DNA of 64,000 bases, taken from a virus. Below, piece by piece: positions 20,101-29,769 of this stretch. Every line of letters begins with the position of its first letter. The first letter of the stretch is position 1. Both the position numbers and the translations under genes were made by a program. Where the stretch lies: the IMG/VR virus record IMGVR_UViG_3300020420_000009, positions 1 to 64,000 of that record. One strand, 5' to 3'. Below the pieces are notes generated by a model. That model was not told where the DNA came from. It ran no database searches and saw nothing but the letters and a program-made list of their open reading frames with translations.

Positions 20101-21379
20101 TTCAGACTTAAATACTGCATTAATAGTTCACCAACCATTTAATGAATCCTCTATAGGTTCAACAACACCAACAATAGCAGGTGGCGCAGATATTGTATTA
20201 CCTAACAACCATGGATTAAGTCCTTCTTCATTAGGAGAAAACTTCAAACAGAGAACATTCAATATTGAAATGATTAAGAGTGTTGTTGATGCAAAAGTTA
20301 GAAAAACAACAAGAACAATTACAAATCCTGATAGACAAGGTAAAGATGTATCAGTTGAGAATAACGGAAGTCAAAATGTTTATAAGATAAATGGATTAAG
20401 ACAATCTTCTCTAGTATTACAAAGAGGATTTACATATGACTTCGGTTATCCAAATTCTCACCCACTAAGATTCTCAACAACATCAGACGGAACACATAAT
20501 AGTGGTAGTGCATATACAACAGGTGTAGTGACAAGCACATATGTCACCAGTATAACAGTTGATTCAAATACACCAAACACTTTATATTATTATTGTCAAA
20601 ATCATAGTGGTATGGGTGGACAGGTCACTGTAGTGGATAATAATAGAAACACAACAATTAGTATAGACAATGTAAATAATCCTTCTCACAGTCCATATGA
20701 GAGACGAGCAGAGTTATATCGTATGGCAGAATCAGGTATAGTATTACCAGTGGTTCAAATGGAAGAAGAGAGTATTGTATTGGAAACAGGTGGTCTCATG
20801 CAATTGGAAGCTGAACATTCACATTTCAGAATGGAAGCACCTTTTGGAGACGGACTTGGTGGGACATTTATAACGGAGGACGGATTCAATTTAACATTAG
20901 AAGACGGTTCCTTTATGTCCGAACCTCTAGGAAGTATATTATCGGAGAGAGTTATTACTCTTCACCAAGCTTCTTTAATGACAGAAGATAACTTCCAAAT
21001 AACATTAGAGGACGGAGGAGTTATGTTAGACGAGTCAACTCAAGGTTCTACATTAACTTCATATGCACCTATGAGTTATAAAATAGGTGACATAAATAAT
21101 CTTGTAAACCAAAATATTTACAAGATATCTCATTACTTGTTGGACGAAGCTGTATCAGATGATGCATTTGAAGACCACATAGTATTAGAGGACGGGTATG
21201 GTTCAGTATTATTAGAAGATTCAGACCCAAGTGGATTGACATTTAATTCATTACAAAGCTTATTGCCAAGCATAAGAATGAAGAATTTTGATATCCAAAG
21301 TAAGAAAAGAAGTAGTATAGCACATAGTGCATATGTAAAATCATCAAAAATAACGAATTCTACATTGAGTTCTTTATAA
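17120..21379 (+). CDS. gp7: gp7-like baseplate wedge initiator with inserted domains
   Basis: FLKAYFEFLE, LYQKKGTAES, YQSHSYIVK...LVHPSGHIFFGE; lies between gp6 and gp8. Confidence 0.8.
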   Translation: MAKNFEIDRLTDRLPNLLPDFVMDEAPVFEQFLKAYFEFLETEILTLSSQGDLDEILLEDGQGFLLVEEKTVEPTPDVSTSRLLHEQAKTPFEVGDYIVGSKTGSVAEIKIINGNTFYIETISGNGFDSGETVSKRYRRDLGEETQTGVVSTYKHNTILANNQLLNYSDVDNTTEEFLDYFQKDFIPSLDIDDTKDARLTIKNIGDLYQKKGTAESLQFLLRVLFGQDAEITYPIDQTIFASESDYSDKRRLTVVMDNVNTLPSATDKIIQYQDDGVTTLAEAIVENIFEINAVNGQYSLEISNNHFGTFEEERPCNLVDRDGVTTVSARVKGILSDILETESSIYMAQEDNDSILLEPPALSGNITVTTSSTALVGASSKFLRELSVGDVISYKVGSTTYTDTIASITDDNNAVLTASGSAAASNVTYYNNSISGGLLLEEQSFGSMYSLNDPLFFEGGKGDRNELNAKGVIDGLKKGGVEKIYIEDGGTGYNGGDILVFDNSGADGNAAEGVIGAIEDVVILENRTDIGQFEITATAGQTIFNGIDNNGKRIFFNDNSVRVFVNGVEKTPYTDYTFKNDRVTFTSGQTSGHLIEIYTDFNHLLMEDGDRIQLSTTDSKIRNTTITSPGTGYTKLPQVFPGGYIYLSDLSGYSVGEVVTGGTSSATAVVVRKEEKDGKKRLVVKRRSTDSNQFTTAGELITGGTSGTARTADLIKVSSGTGAKLFAYSDEIGGVGHINVKDQGFNFKENPALSSLSHYKALITAPTASLTADLTFTGRITGSTGKVISFDPNTQVLTFTNLDGHFLDNEQVLFNSVDTFKVLKFNPYQARGKLGGEGIIERQLLTDKGTIDSSAVNVQDGFVYQSHSYIVKVGESINKWRSVVKDLVHPSGHIFFGEVAIKQFVNPFDSIILDSGEPRNEVGIETETRFNFIPTIIMQAFPTYHFDLEGADSLYRDDESNIIMEDGFHLILEEAPDINAITEFLTTLMLYTNASDLNTALIVHQPFNESSIGSTTPTIAGGADIVLPNNHGLSPSSLGENFKQRTFNIEMIKSVVDAKVRKTTRTITNPDRQGKDVSVENNGSQNVYKINGLRQSSLVLQRGFTYDFGYPNSHPLRFSTTSDGTHNSGSAYTTGVVTSTYVTSITVDSNTPNTLYYYCQNHSGMGGQVTVVDNNRNTTISIDNVNNPSHSPYERRAELYRMAESGIVLPVVQMEEESIVLETGGLMQLEAEHSHFRMEAPFGDGLGGTFITEDGFNLTLEDGSFMSEPLGSILSERVITLHQASLMTEDNFQITLEDGGVMLDESTQGSTLTSYAPMSYKIGDINNLVNQNIYKISHYLLDEAVSDDAFEDHIVLEDGYGSVLLEDSDPSGLTFNSLQSLLPSIRMKNFDIQSKKRSSIAHSAYVKSSKITNSTLSSL

Positions 21380-21393
21380 ATAGTATATAAATA
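21375..21393 (+). promoter_or_regulatory. Tandem late promoters
   Basis: TATAAATA at 21375 and 21386, before gp8. Confidence 0.75.
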
Positions 21394-21412
21394 CCAATAA
21401 CGGAGATTTAAA

Positions 21413-22855
21413 ATGGCAGCAATTATAACCGAAAAGTTTAGAACACATAGTGCTAAACAATTCATAGAAGACTTTGGGGAATCAGCTTCCTCAACATACA
21501 TGTTCATAGGGAAATCTTTCCCATGGACAGACGACACGGCACCACCTTCACCAGCAAATTCAGTAAGTGAAGAAATGGATGCATATTCAGATATGGTCGC
21601 AATGAAGAAAGTATCTAATTCAGATGTTTCTCATGCACTAACACGAAGAAATTGGGATACTACTCAAAATACAATTTACGACCAGTATGACCACGAAATA
21701 TCAGCTTCTTCAACTTCGAATGCAAGTTCCTCTAGTAATCTATACGATTCAAATTTTTATGTAATAACAGACGAATATAATGTCTACAAATGCATTAGAA
21801 CTGGTATGGACGAAAATGGAGTTTTAAAGAAGTCAACAGTCAAACCGACAGGAACAAGTTCAACTACTTTAGTTGCAACCAGTGATACTGGAACTGCTGT
21901 TGGACGAGGTTATCTTTGGAAGTATATGTATACTGTATCAGCTGCCGATACAATTAAATTTACTACTTCTGATTTTATGCCCGTTAAAACTATTGGTGCA
22001 AAGACTCAATTAGGTGGAGTTTCAGATGATGGAAGTTCACAATGGAATGTTGAATCTGACGCAATAGACGGTGGTATTTTACATGTTAAAGTTGTAAGTG
22101 GTGGAGCTGGTTATACAGCCTCTACAGATTTTGCATCGACAGCAATTAATGGTGACGGTTCTTCTGCACAATGCACAGTTCATACAAATGCATCAGGACA
22201 GGTTTCACATGTCACAGTCACAAACAATGGAACTGCATATCGAAGAGCAACAATTAATATTGACGGTATCTCAGGAATCGGAACTCCTTCAACAAGTGCA
22301 GTGGTCACTCCAATCATATCACCTTTATATGGACACGGTGCAAACCCAGTTGAAGAACTAGGTGGAAATCTTGTCATGGTAAACTCAAGACTTGAGTTTG
22401 CAGAAGGTTCAGGTGACTTTCCAACAGATAATGATTTTAGACGAATAGGTTTAATCCAAGACCCATTCTCTAGTGGAACTACAGTTGCAACAGACGCTAA
22501 CTATGCAGCTTATCACAAAATGACATTGTCATCTGTCACAGGTCTTTCAGTAGACGACATTATCCGTGATGCGAATGCAGACGGAGCTGGTGTGGCAGTT
22601 TCTAGAATTGTATCAATAACTGGAAATGTAGTTTCTCATATTCCCCAAGCAAATAGTGGTGGAACATATGTAGACTTCTCAGCAACAGATACAGTTTATC
22701 AAGGGAGTTCAAGTATCGGAACAGTAAGTTCAGTTGATTCTACATTCCCTGAAATAGTAAAATACTCAGGTAATATCATGTATGTCGAAAATAGGGGTGC
22801 AGTGACAAGAGCTGCAGACCAAATCGAGGATATTAAACTGATTATTCAGATGTAA
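21413..22855 (+). CDS. gp8: gp8-like baseplate wedge subunit
   Basis: MAAIITEKFR, YNVYKC, YLWKYMYT, GHGANPVEELG, NDFRRIG, QIEDIKLII. Confidence 0.9.
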   Translation: MAAIITEKFRTHSAKQFIEDFGESASSTYMFIGKSFPWTDDTAPPSPANSVSEEMDAYSDMVAMKKVSNSDVSHALTRRNWDTTQNTIYDQYDHEISASSTSNASSSSNLYDSNFYVITDEYNVYKCIRTGMDENGVLKKSTVKPTGTSSTTLVATSDTGTAVGRGYLWKYMYTVSAADTIKFTTSDFMPVKTIGAKTQLGGVSDDGSSQWNVESDAIDGGILHVKVVSGGAGYTASTDFASTAINGDGSSAQCTVHTNASGQVSHVTVTNNGTAYRRATINIDGISGIGTPSTSAVVTPIISPLYGHGANPVEELGGNLVMVNSRLEFAEGSGDFPTDNDFRRIGLIQDPFSSGTTVATDANYAAYHKMTLSSVTGLSVDDIIRDANADGAGVAVSRIVSITGNVVSHIPQANSGGTYVDFSATDTVYQGSSSIGTVSSVDSTFPEIVKYSGNIMYVENRGAVTRAADQIEDIKLIIQM

Positions 22856-22888
22856 TTAGATTACATCTTAACAACATAAGAGTAAAAT

Positions 22889-25800
22889 ATGGCAGAGAAG
22901 ACTGATTTAAACATATCACCCTATTACGATGATTATTCGGAATCAAAACAGTTTCATAAACTGTTATACAGAGCTGGTCGTCCTTTACAAGCAAGGGAAC
23001 TAACACAAACACAATCTGTATTACAAAATCAAATAGAAAGGTTTGGTGACCATTTCTTCAAAGAAGGTTCAATTGTCACTGGAGCCCAGTCAGATATTGA
23101 CTTTGATTTATATTTTGTTAAAGTTTTAGCTGCAAATCCAAATTCAAGTGGTGACGCTGCAGTCGAATCATATAGAACTTCTTACCATGGTCAGTTTATA
23201 AAAGGACAAACAACAGGTGTTGTTGCAAAAGTAATCAATTCAGACGCAGAAACAAGCACAGATTACATAACTCTTTATGTTAGATTAGAAAGACAAGGAA
23301 CTGATACTAGCAATTCCTTTGCATTTAGTGGAGACGAGACTCTAGTTAAGTGTGGATTCGATTCAAGTGGAGCAGTATCAGAAGATTCAACAAGTAATAA
23401 CGATTTTAAAGTTGCACCTACTTCAACTACTCCAGTTGGAAGAACTTCTATTGCAAATATATCAGAAGGTGTAGTATTTTGTAGAGGATTCTTTGTAAAA
23501 GTAGAAGCTCAACAGTTAGTTTTAGAAAAATATAACCCAAAACCTTCATATAGAGTTGGTCTTGCAATCAAAGAAGAGTTTATATCGGTTGCAGAGGATA
23601 GTTCTCTATACGATAATGCACAGGGAACTTCAAACGAGAATGCAGCTGGTGCTGATAGACTCAAATTTTCATTAACTCTATCAAAATATTCACTTACTTC
23701 AACAGAAGACGCAAACTTTATAGAAATAGTTAGAGTTAATCAAGGTCAGATTGAACTTCATACCAATCGACCAATGTATACAGAGATTGAAAACACTCTT
23801 GCACGAAGAACTTTCGATGCAAATGGTGACTTCATAGTAAATCAGTTTACACATAGTCTAAGAGAACACTTAGACGACTCAACAAACAGAGGTTTTTATC
23901 TCAAAGCAAATGGTGGTGACGAATCTAAATTTGTATTCCAAGTATCGCCAGGAAAAGCATATGTCAAAGGATATGAGATTGATAAAATTGGAACTTCAAA
24001 TCTTAATATCAAAAAAGCAAGACAATCAGTCACATTAAATACTGCAAATACTCCAACTAGGTTAGGACAATATATCAAAATCAAAAATGGTTTTGGATTC
24101 CCTGACTTTGGTAATGAAAGTGGTAGTTCAGGTATAGTTCCATTTGCAATATGTAAATTATTCCCAAGTGTCACAGCAGTAGCAGGAACACTAAACAGTG
24201 AAGACCATATTGGTTTTGCAAGAGTTAGACACATAGACAATTACGGAACTACTAATGATAATACAGGTTTATATCTCTTTGATATAAAAATGTTTACTAA
24301 ATTAAAAGCAGGTGGTTCAATTACTAATTCAAATGTTGGTGATAAGGTCACAGGGTCACTTTCAGGTGCAACAGGTATCATAGGTCATGTCAACGGTGCA
24401 AACATGTATGTTCATGATGTTGTAGGAACATTTGTGCATAATGATGTAATTACATCAGAAGGTGACGGAACTGCAACATTCACTGTAGTCGGAGAAAACT
24501 TTAGAGGCATTGCAGACCAAGTTAGAACATTTAACATAGACAGAGTTAGAGGTATAGGACAAGAAAGAAGTGGTTCAGGTGATGCAGACTTTACAGCAGA
24601 TGCAGTTGCAGACGGTGATAACACATTAACAGGAAGTGTATCAATTGCAGCCAATGGTAATATCACTGGTTTTGGAACAAGATTTACAGCTGAACTTAAA
24701 GAAGGTGATATCATTATAGACGGTAGTGGAAATGAACAAGTAATTTCTGCCGTCACAGATTCAGTCACAGCTCAAACAGTTGCTTCAAGTGGGGTCGGTG
24801 CGTTTAGTGTTAACCCTTCTGCAACAAGACGAAGAGTTAAAATATTTGACCAAGACCAAGCAGTATCAATATATTCATGGCCAAGAGATTTTATTAAGAG
24901 TCATACACCTGATAGAATAACTATCAGAAGACAAAAAGTAATTTCAGTATCAAGTAGTAAAGTCACAATCACAACAGGGACAGGTGAAACTTTCTCAACA
25001 GTTGACAGAGATAACTTCCAATTATCAATCATAAATTTAGACGGTAATTCAGGTGGTGGAAATGTATTAGGTGCAGAATTAGATTTTGCAAGTGCGCCTC
25101 CAAGTGCTTCTAACCTCGGTGGTGGAGGACAACAAATACAATTCTCTACTACTGCTTCAGACGGTGTAAAATATCTAGTATCATATACAGTTATTGACGA
25201 TTCTCCTGAACATAGAAATAAAGTTTTAAACAGGTCTCGTTGTGCAATTGTAAACACTGCTTATGTCGCAGGTGCTTCTGATTACGGAACATGTTATGAT
25301 AATAAAGATATATCACTAGGTGTTGCAGATGTATTAAAGGTTCGTGCAATATATGAGGGTATCGGAGGTTCAACACCTTTACCTCCAAGTGGTAGATTAG
25401 GTGGTGCTGGATATTCAGGAACAGACTTTGTAAGAGACGAAGTAATCATAGGTCAAACATCAGGTGCCCAAGCAAGAATTATTAAATATGCAAATTCAGG
25501 TGCAACATTTTTCTATTACTTAAACGACTTTGTATTTACAAGTGGAGAAACAGCTGTAGGACAAACTACAAATGCAAGTGCAGCTATCGACCAAATAACA
25601 ACAGGTTCAGATAATATCACAGCAAGATATTTCTTTGACGATGGTCAGAGAGACGGTTTTTATGATATTGCAAAAATTACATTGAAGCCTGGTGAACCTA
25701 CACCAAACAATTCAATTCTTATAGTCTTTGATAACTTTACTTCAAATGGTGGTGAGTTTTATGATGTAAATTCATACACAGACGCAGGTTTAGACTATAA

Positions 25801-28800
25801 AGAAATACCAGTATATACACCAAACAGAATAGATATGGGTGGATTAGAACCTGATGGTGAATACGAACTATCAGATGCAGTAGACTATAGACCTACAGTT
25901 GCACAATTATATTCAGATTCAAACTTCTCTACTGCAAATCCCGACCCTCAGAGTCCAGCTAATATATCAACTGGATTAAGTGGTGACCCATTCAAATACG
26001 AAAACAAGGTATTCACAGGAACAGGTTCAGCTGCATTAGATACACCTATGAAAGGTGGTGCAACAGTTGGAGACATAGAGTTCTATACTTCAAGAATAGA
26101 TAGAATCTATTTAGGTAAAGACGGATTATTTGAAATATCAACAGGTATCCCGTCTATATCACCAACTAGACCTAAGGCAATTGACGATTCAATCGAAATG
26201 TTTGAATTGTTCATTCCAGCATATACAAAAAAATTAGAAAATATTAGAGTAAGAAGTTTTGACCATAGAAGATACACTATGAAAGATATAGGTCGTATCA
26301 ATAACAGAGTCACAAATTTAGAAAGAGTCACTTCATTATCTCTATTAGAAAAAGATACACAATCAAAACAAATATTAGATGCAGACGGATTCGATAGGTT
26401 TAAATCAGGTTTCTTAGTAGATAACTTTAGAGGTCATAAGATTGGTGATGTTAACCACCCCGATTATAAATGTGGTATAGACACAAAAATGGGTATGTTA
26501 AGACCTCAAAACATGCAACAATTCTTTGATTTGAATTTAGATACAACAAATTCAACAAATTATCAACAGACTGGTGACTTAATTACTTTACCATTCTCAG
26601 AAGTAAACTATATCAATCAAGATAAAGCTTCAAGACATATTAATGTTAACCCATATCATGTCTTTGCATTTATTGGTAATGTAAAACTAACGCCAGGCAC
26701 AGACATATGGAATGATACAGAAAGACTACCTGATGTCAGAGTTAATAGAGAAGGAAACTTTGACGCTGTTAGAGCGTCAACAGGTAATGCATTAGGAACA
26801 GTTTGGAACTCATGGCAATCTACATGGGTTGGAGAACCTTCAACTGTATCAACAGAAGTTCAATCAACATCATCAGGTTCATGGTCAGGAGACCCAGCTC
26901 AAGGTGGTCAATGGCAATCAGGTCAAGAGGTCACTAGAGAAATTACAGAGTCACCTGAAATACAAACAAGAACAGGTATCTCAACAAGTGTTGTCGAAGA
27001 CTTTGTAGAAACAAGAAACGATAGAATAGTATCTGTTTCAATTATTCCTTTCATGAGAGCAAGGACTATTGAAGTAGACGCAACAAATTTAAAACCAAAC
27101 ACAAACCATTTCTTCTTCTTTGACGGAATTAGAGTTGATAAGTTTGTGAGACCACAAGCATCTGCATATTCACAGGACGGTGGAACTACAGTTTCTTCCA
27201 ATTTAAAATCAGATGGTAATGGTAGATTAAGAGGATTCTTTGAATTACCAAATACTGAAACTCAAAGATTCCCTACAGGACAAAGAGAGTTAAAATTAAC
27301 CTCTTCATTCCATAACTTGTCTAATCCACCAAGTTCAGGTTCAGCAGTATACCAAGCTCAAGGATTATTGTCAAGTTCACAAACAGAAATTGTTTCAACA
27401 AGAAATGGAAGAGTTATAACACAATTAGTAGAAGGTGAAAGACAAATACAAAGGAGAGGTGAAAGATTAAATATATCTCCAGTAGATAATAACCCACCTG
27501 CTATACCTATTGATACAATACCAATTGCTGAACCTATAGTAGCAGACCCAATAATTGCATTCCCAATAGAGGTGCCAGAACCACCAGCAATACCAACTCC
27601 TGAATTACCTAGTGTATTAGATTTCAGAATTGGTTCAAGATTAGAAAGAGGTTGGGGAGACCCACTTGCACAATCATTCTTATGTGAAGCAAGTGGAGGT
27701 ATGTTTATATCTTCTGTAGATGTATTCTTCCAAGCAAAAGATACCCACATGCCTGTTTCTGTAGAAATAAGAAACATGGTGAATGGATATCCAGGCCAAA
27801 TAGTATTACCTTTCTCAACAGTCACAAAGAATCCAAGTGATGTAAATATATCTGCTGACGGTTCGACTGCAACAACATTCTCATTCGAATCACCAGTATA
27901 TGTTGAAGAAAAGAAAGAGTATGCATTAATAGTATACTCAAACTCAAACGAATACGAACAATGGATATCAAGAATGGGTGAAACTGATTTAATATCAGGA
28001 CAACAAATTTCAGGACAACCATACGCAGGTTCACTATTCTTATCACAGAATGCTTCAACTTGGACTGCTGAACAGACAGACGATATGAAGTTTACTATGA
28101 AAATATGTAAATTTGATACTACAAAGATACCAGCTATTCATTTTGAAAACAAAGACCTTGAAATGGATACATTAGGAAAGAACCCATTATTAACAACATC
28201 AGGAAGTAATACTGTTAAAGTATCTGCATACAATCATGGTTTATATGACCCGAGTTCAAATGTAAAAATCTCAGGTGTCGTTGGTGATAGAGTAGGTTCT
28301 GTATTAGAAGTAGGAAGTCCAAACATATCAGGTTCACCTAGTGATAGCACATATACATCACAAACTGCTGATTCCACAACAGGAAGTGGAACAGGTATGA
28401 TAATAAATGTAGAAATAGCAAGTGGTGCAATAGGAACAACAACTGGTATAAGAATTGTAAACCCAGGCCAAGGATATGCAGCTGGTGATACAGTCACATT
28501 TGATGACTTTGACGGTGGAACAGCTGATTTAACAGTCACAGTTGTGACAATTGGTGATACTTTAGGAGGTATTCCAGTAAATGCAATTGGTGGTAGTTCA
28601 GAAATCACATATGGTGATGCTTCAAATGACGGTGTATCAAATATAGGTATCGATTCATTTAATGTTGCACCTAACTTAACAAATTTTATTGCAAATAGTA
28701 AATTAGTAAGTGGATATACTGCATTAGAATCAACAACAGGTGGTGGTTCAGCAGTCAAAGTTTCTAGAAACTATATCTTCGATGCATTACATACAATGAT

Positions 28801-29560
28801 TCCTTCAACACAGGTTGGAAGTTGTAAAGTGGTATCAAGTATTAATACAACTGCAATGAAATCGGTAGAAGGATTTATAAGTTCAGGTGATACAGTTTAC
28901 AATAGAAGAACAACAAATAACTTTATTACATTAAATGACAATACTTTCTTAGACGCTCCAGGCATAGTTGCTTCAGTGGTCAATGAAACAAATAAAATGC
29001 AATCACAAAGGTCATTTAGATTGATAACACAAATGTTATCTAGAAATCCAAATATATCACCAGTGATAGATGTAGGAACTATTGGTTGTATTGCAATATC
29101 AAACAGAATTAATAATATAGATAGTCAAGCTGGTAAGAAACTAGACGGAACATTAACTTCATTACCAACAGACATTACATTTATACCTTCAACAGAACCC
29201 GAAGGTGACCAAAATGCATTTATATATGTGACAAGAAAGGTAAATCTCAAAACTCCAGCAACTTCAATCAAGGTTATTGCAGATAACTTTAGACCACCAA
29301 CAACTGAATTGAAGTATATGTATAAGATTGTCAAGACAGATGAACAAACACCTTTAGACGATATTGGTTTTGAATTCTTTAATACAGACGGTTCACCCGA
29401 TGTTGCAGTTGAAAATGATTCAAGAAACTTTAAGGAATATGAATATACAGTAAATGATTTACCCGAGTTCTCTTCCGTTATAATTAAAATTGTAGGTCAA
29501 GGAACCAACTCTAGTGTAATACCAATGGTATCTGCATTGAGAGTCATGGCATTAGCATAA
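22889..29560 (+). CDS. Large virion structural protein (DUF4815/VrlC-like)
   Basis: LNISPYYDDY...RPLQARELTQ, APGADR-like AAGADRL, DRFKSGFLVDNF, DPLAQSF. Confidence 0.85.
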   Translation: MAEKTDLNISPYYDDYSESKQFHKLLYRAGRPLQARELTQTQSVLQNQIERFGDHFFKEGSIVTGAQSDIDFDLYFVKVLAANPNSSGDAAVESYRTSYHGQFIKGQTTGVVAKVINSDAETSTDYITLYVRLERQGTDTSNSFAFSGDETLVKCGFDSSGAVSEDSTSNNDFKVAPTSTTPVGRTSIANISEGVVFCRGFFVKVEAQQLVLEKYNPKPSYRVGLAIKEEFISVAEDSSLYDNAQGTSNENAAGADRLKFSLTLSKYSLTSTEDANFIEIVRVNQGQIELHTNRPMYTEIENTLARRTFDANGDFIVNQFTHSLREHLDDSTNRGFYLKANGGDESKFVFQVSPGKAYVKGYEIDKIGTSNLNIKKARQSVTLNTANTPTRLGQYIKIKNGFGFPDFGNESGSSGIVPFAICKLFPSVTAVAGTLNSEDHIGFARVRHIDNYGTTNDNTGLYLFDIKMFTKLKAGGSITNSNVGDKVTGSLSGATGIIGHVNGANMYVHDVVGTFVHNDVITSEGDGTATFTVVGENFRGIADQVRTFNIDRVRGIGQERSGSGDADFTADAVADGDNTLTGSVSIAANGNITGFGTRFTAELKEGDIIIDGSGNEQVISAVTDSVTAQTVASSGVGAFSVNPSATRRRVKIFDQDQAVSIYSWPRDFIKSHTPDRITIRRQKVISVSSSKVTITTGTGETFSTVDRDNFQLSIINLDGNSGGGNVLGAELDFASAPPSASNLGGGGQQIQFSTTASDGVKYLVSYTVIDDSPEHRNKVLNRSRCAIVNTAYVAGASDYGTCYDNKDISLGVADVLKVRAIYEGIGGSTPLPPSGRLGGAGYSGTDFVRDEVIIGQTSGAQARIIKYANSGATFFYYLNDFVFTSGETAVGQTTNASAAIDQITTGSDNITARYFFDDGQRDGFYDIAKITLKPGEPTPNNSILIVFDNFTSNGGEFYDVNSYTDAGLDYKEIPVYTPNRIDMGGLEPDGEYELSDAVDYRPTVAQLYSDSNFSTANPDPQSPANISTGLSGDPFKYENKVFTGTGSAALDTPMKGGATVGDIEFYTSRIDRIYLGKDGLFEISTGIPSISPTRPKAIDDSIEMFELFIPAYTKKLENIRVRSFDHRRYTMKDIGRINNRVTNLERVTSLSLLEKDTQSKQILDADGFDRFKSGFLVDNFRGHKIGDVNHPDYKCGIDTKMGMLRPQNMQQFFDLNLDTTNSTNYQQTGDLITLPFSEVNYINQDKASRHINVNPYHVFAFIGNVKLTPGTDIWNDTERLPDVRVNREGNFDAVRASTGNALGTVWNSWQSTWVGEPSTVSTEVQSTSSGSWSGDPAQGGQWQSGQEVTREITESPEIQTRTGISTSVVEDFVETRNDRIVSVSIIPFMRARTIEVDATNLKPNTNHFFFFDGIRVDKFVRPQASAYSQDGGTTVSSNLKSDGNGRLRGFFELPNTETQRFPTGQRELKLTSSFHNLSNPPSSGSAVYQAQGLLSSSQTEIVSTRNGRVITQLVEGERQIQRRGERLNISPVDNNPPAIPIDTIPIAEPIVADPIIAFPIEVPEPPAIPTPELPSVLDFRIGSRLERGWGDPLAQSFLCEASGGMFISSVDVFFQAKDTHMPVSVEIRNMVNGYPGQIVLPFSTVTKNPSDVNISADGSTATTFSFESPVYVEEKKEYALIVYSNSNEYEQWISRMGETDLISGQQISGQPYAGSLFLSQNASTWTAEQTDDMKFTMKICKFDTTKIPAIHFENKDLEMDTLGKNPLLTTSGSNTVKVSAYNHGLYDPSSNVKISGVVGDRVGSVLEVGSPNISGSPSDSTYTSQTADSTTGSGTGMIINVEIASGAIGTTTGIRIVNPGQGYAAGDTVTFDDFDGGTADLTVTVVTIGDTLGGIPVNAIGGSSEITYGDASNDGVSNIGIDSFNVAPNLTNFIANSKLVSGYTALESTTGGGSAVKVSRNYIFDALHTMIPSTQVGSCKVVSSINTTAMKSVEGFISSGDTVYNRRTTNNFITLNDNTFLDAPGIVASVVNETNKMQSQRSFRLITQMLSRNPNISPVIDVGTIGCIAISNRINNIDSQAGKKLDGTLTSLPTDITFIPSTEPEGDQNAFIYVTRKVNLKTPATSIKVIADNFRPPTTELKYMYKIVKTDEQTPLDDIGFEFFNTDGSPDVAVENDSRNFKEYEYTVNDLPEFSSVIIKIVGQGTNSSVIPMVSALRVMALA

Positions 29561-29769
29561 TGGCAGATTTAAAGGTAGAAGGACATACTCACTTAGTTAG
29601 AGACGAGGAGTCCCATGCAATTATCAATACTGATGTTGAACAGTATAGATTAACAATGAGACGAAGAGAAGTTATGAGAAGTCAACGAGAAGACATAAAT
29701 AATTTAAAGAATGAGTTAGGTGATATAAAAGGACTATTGAAGGAACTTATAGAGAAGACACATGGCTAA
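29560..29769 (+). CDS. Conserved small coiled-coil protein of T4-like marine phages
   Basis: KVEGHTHLVRDEESHAIINTD...INNLKNELGDIKGLL. Confidence 0.75.
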   Translation: MADLKVEGHTHLVRDEESHAIINTDVEQYRLTMRRREVMRSQREDINNLKNELGDIKGLLKELIEKTHG

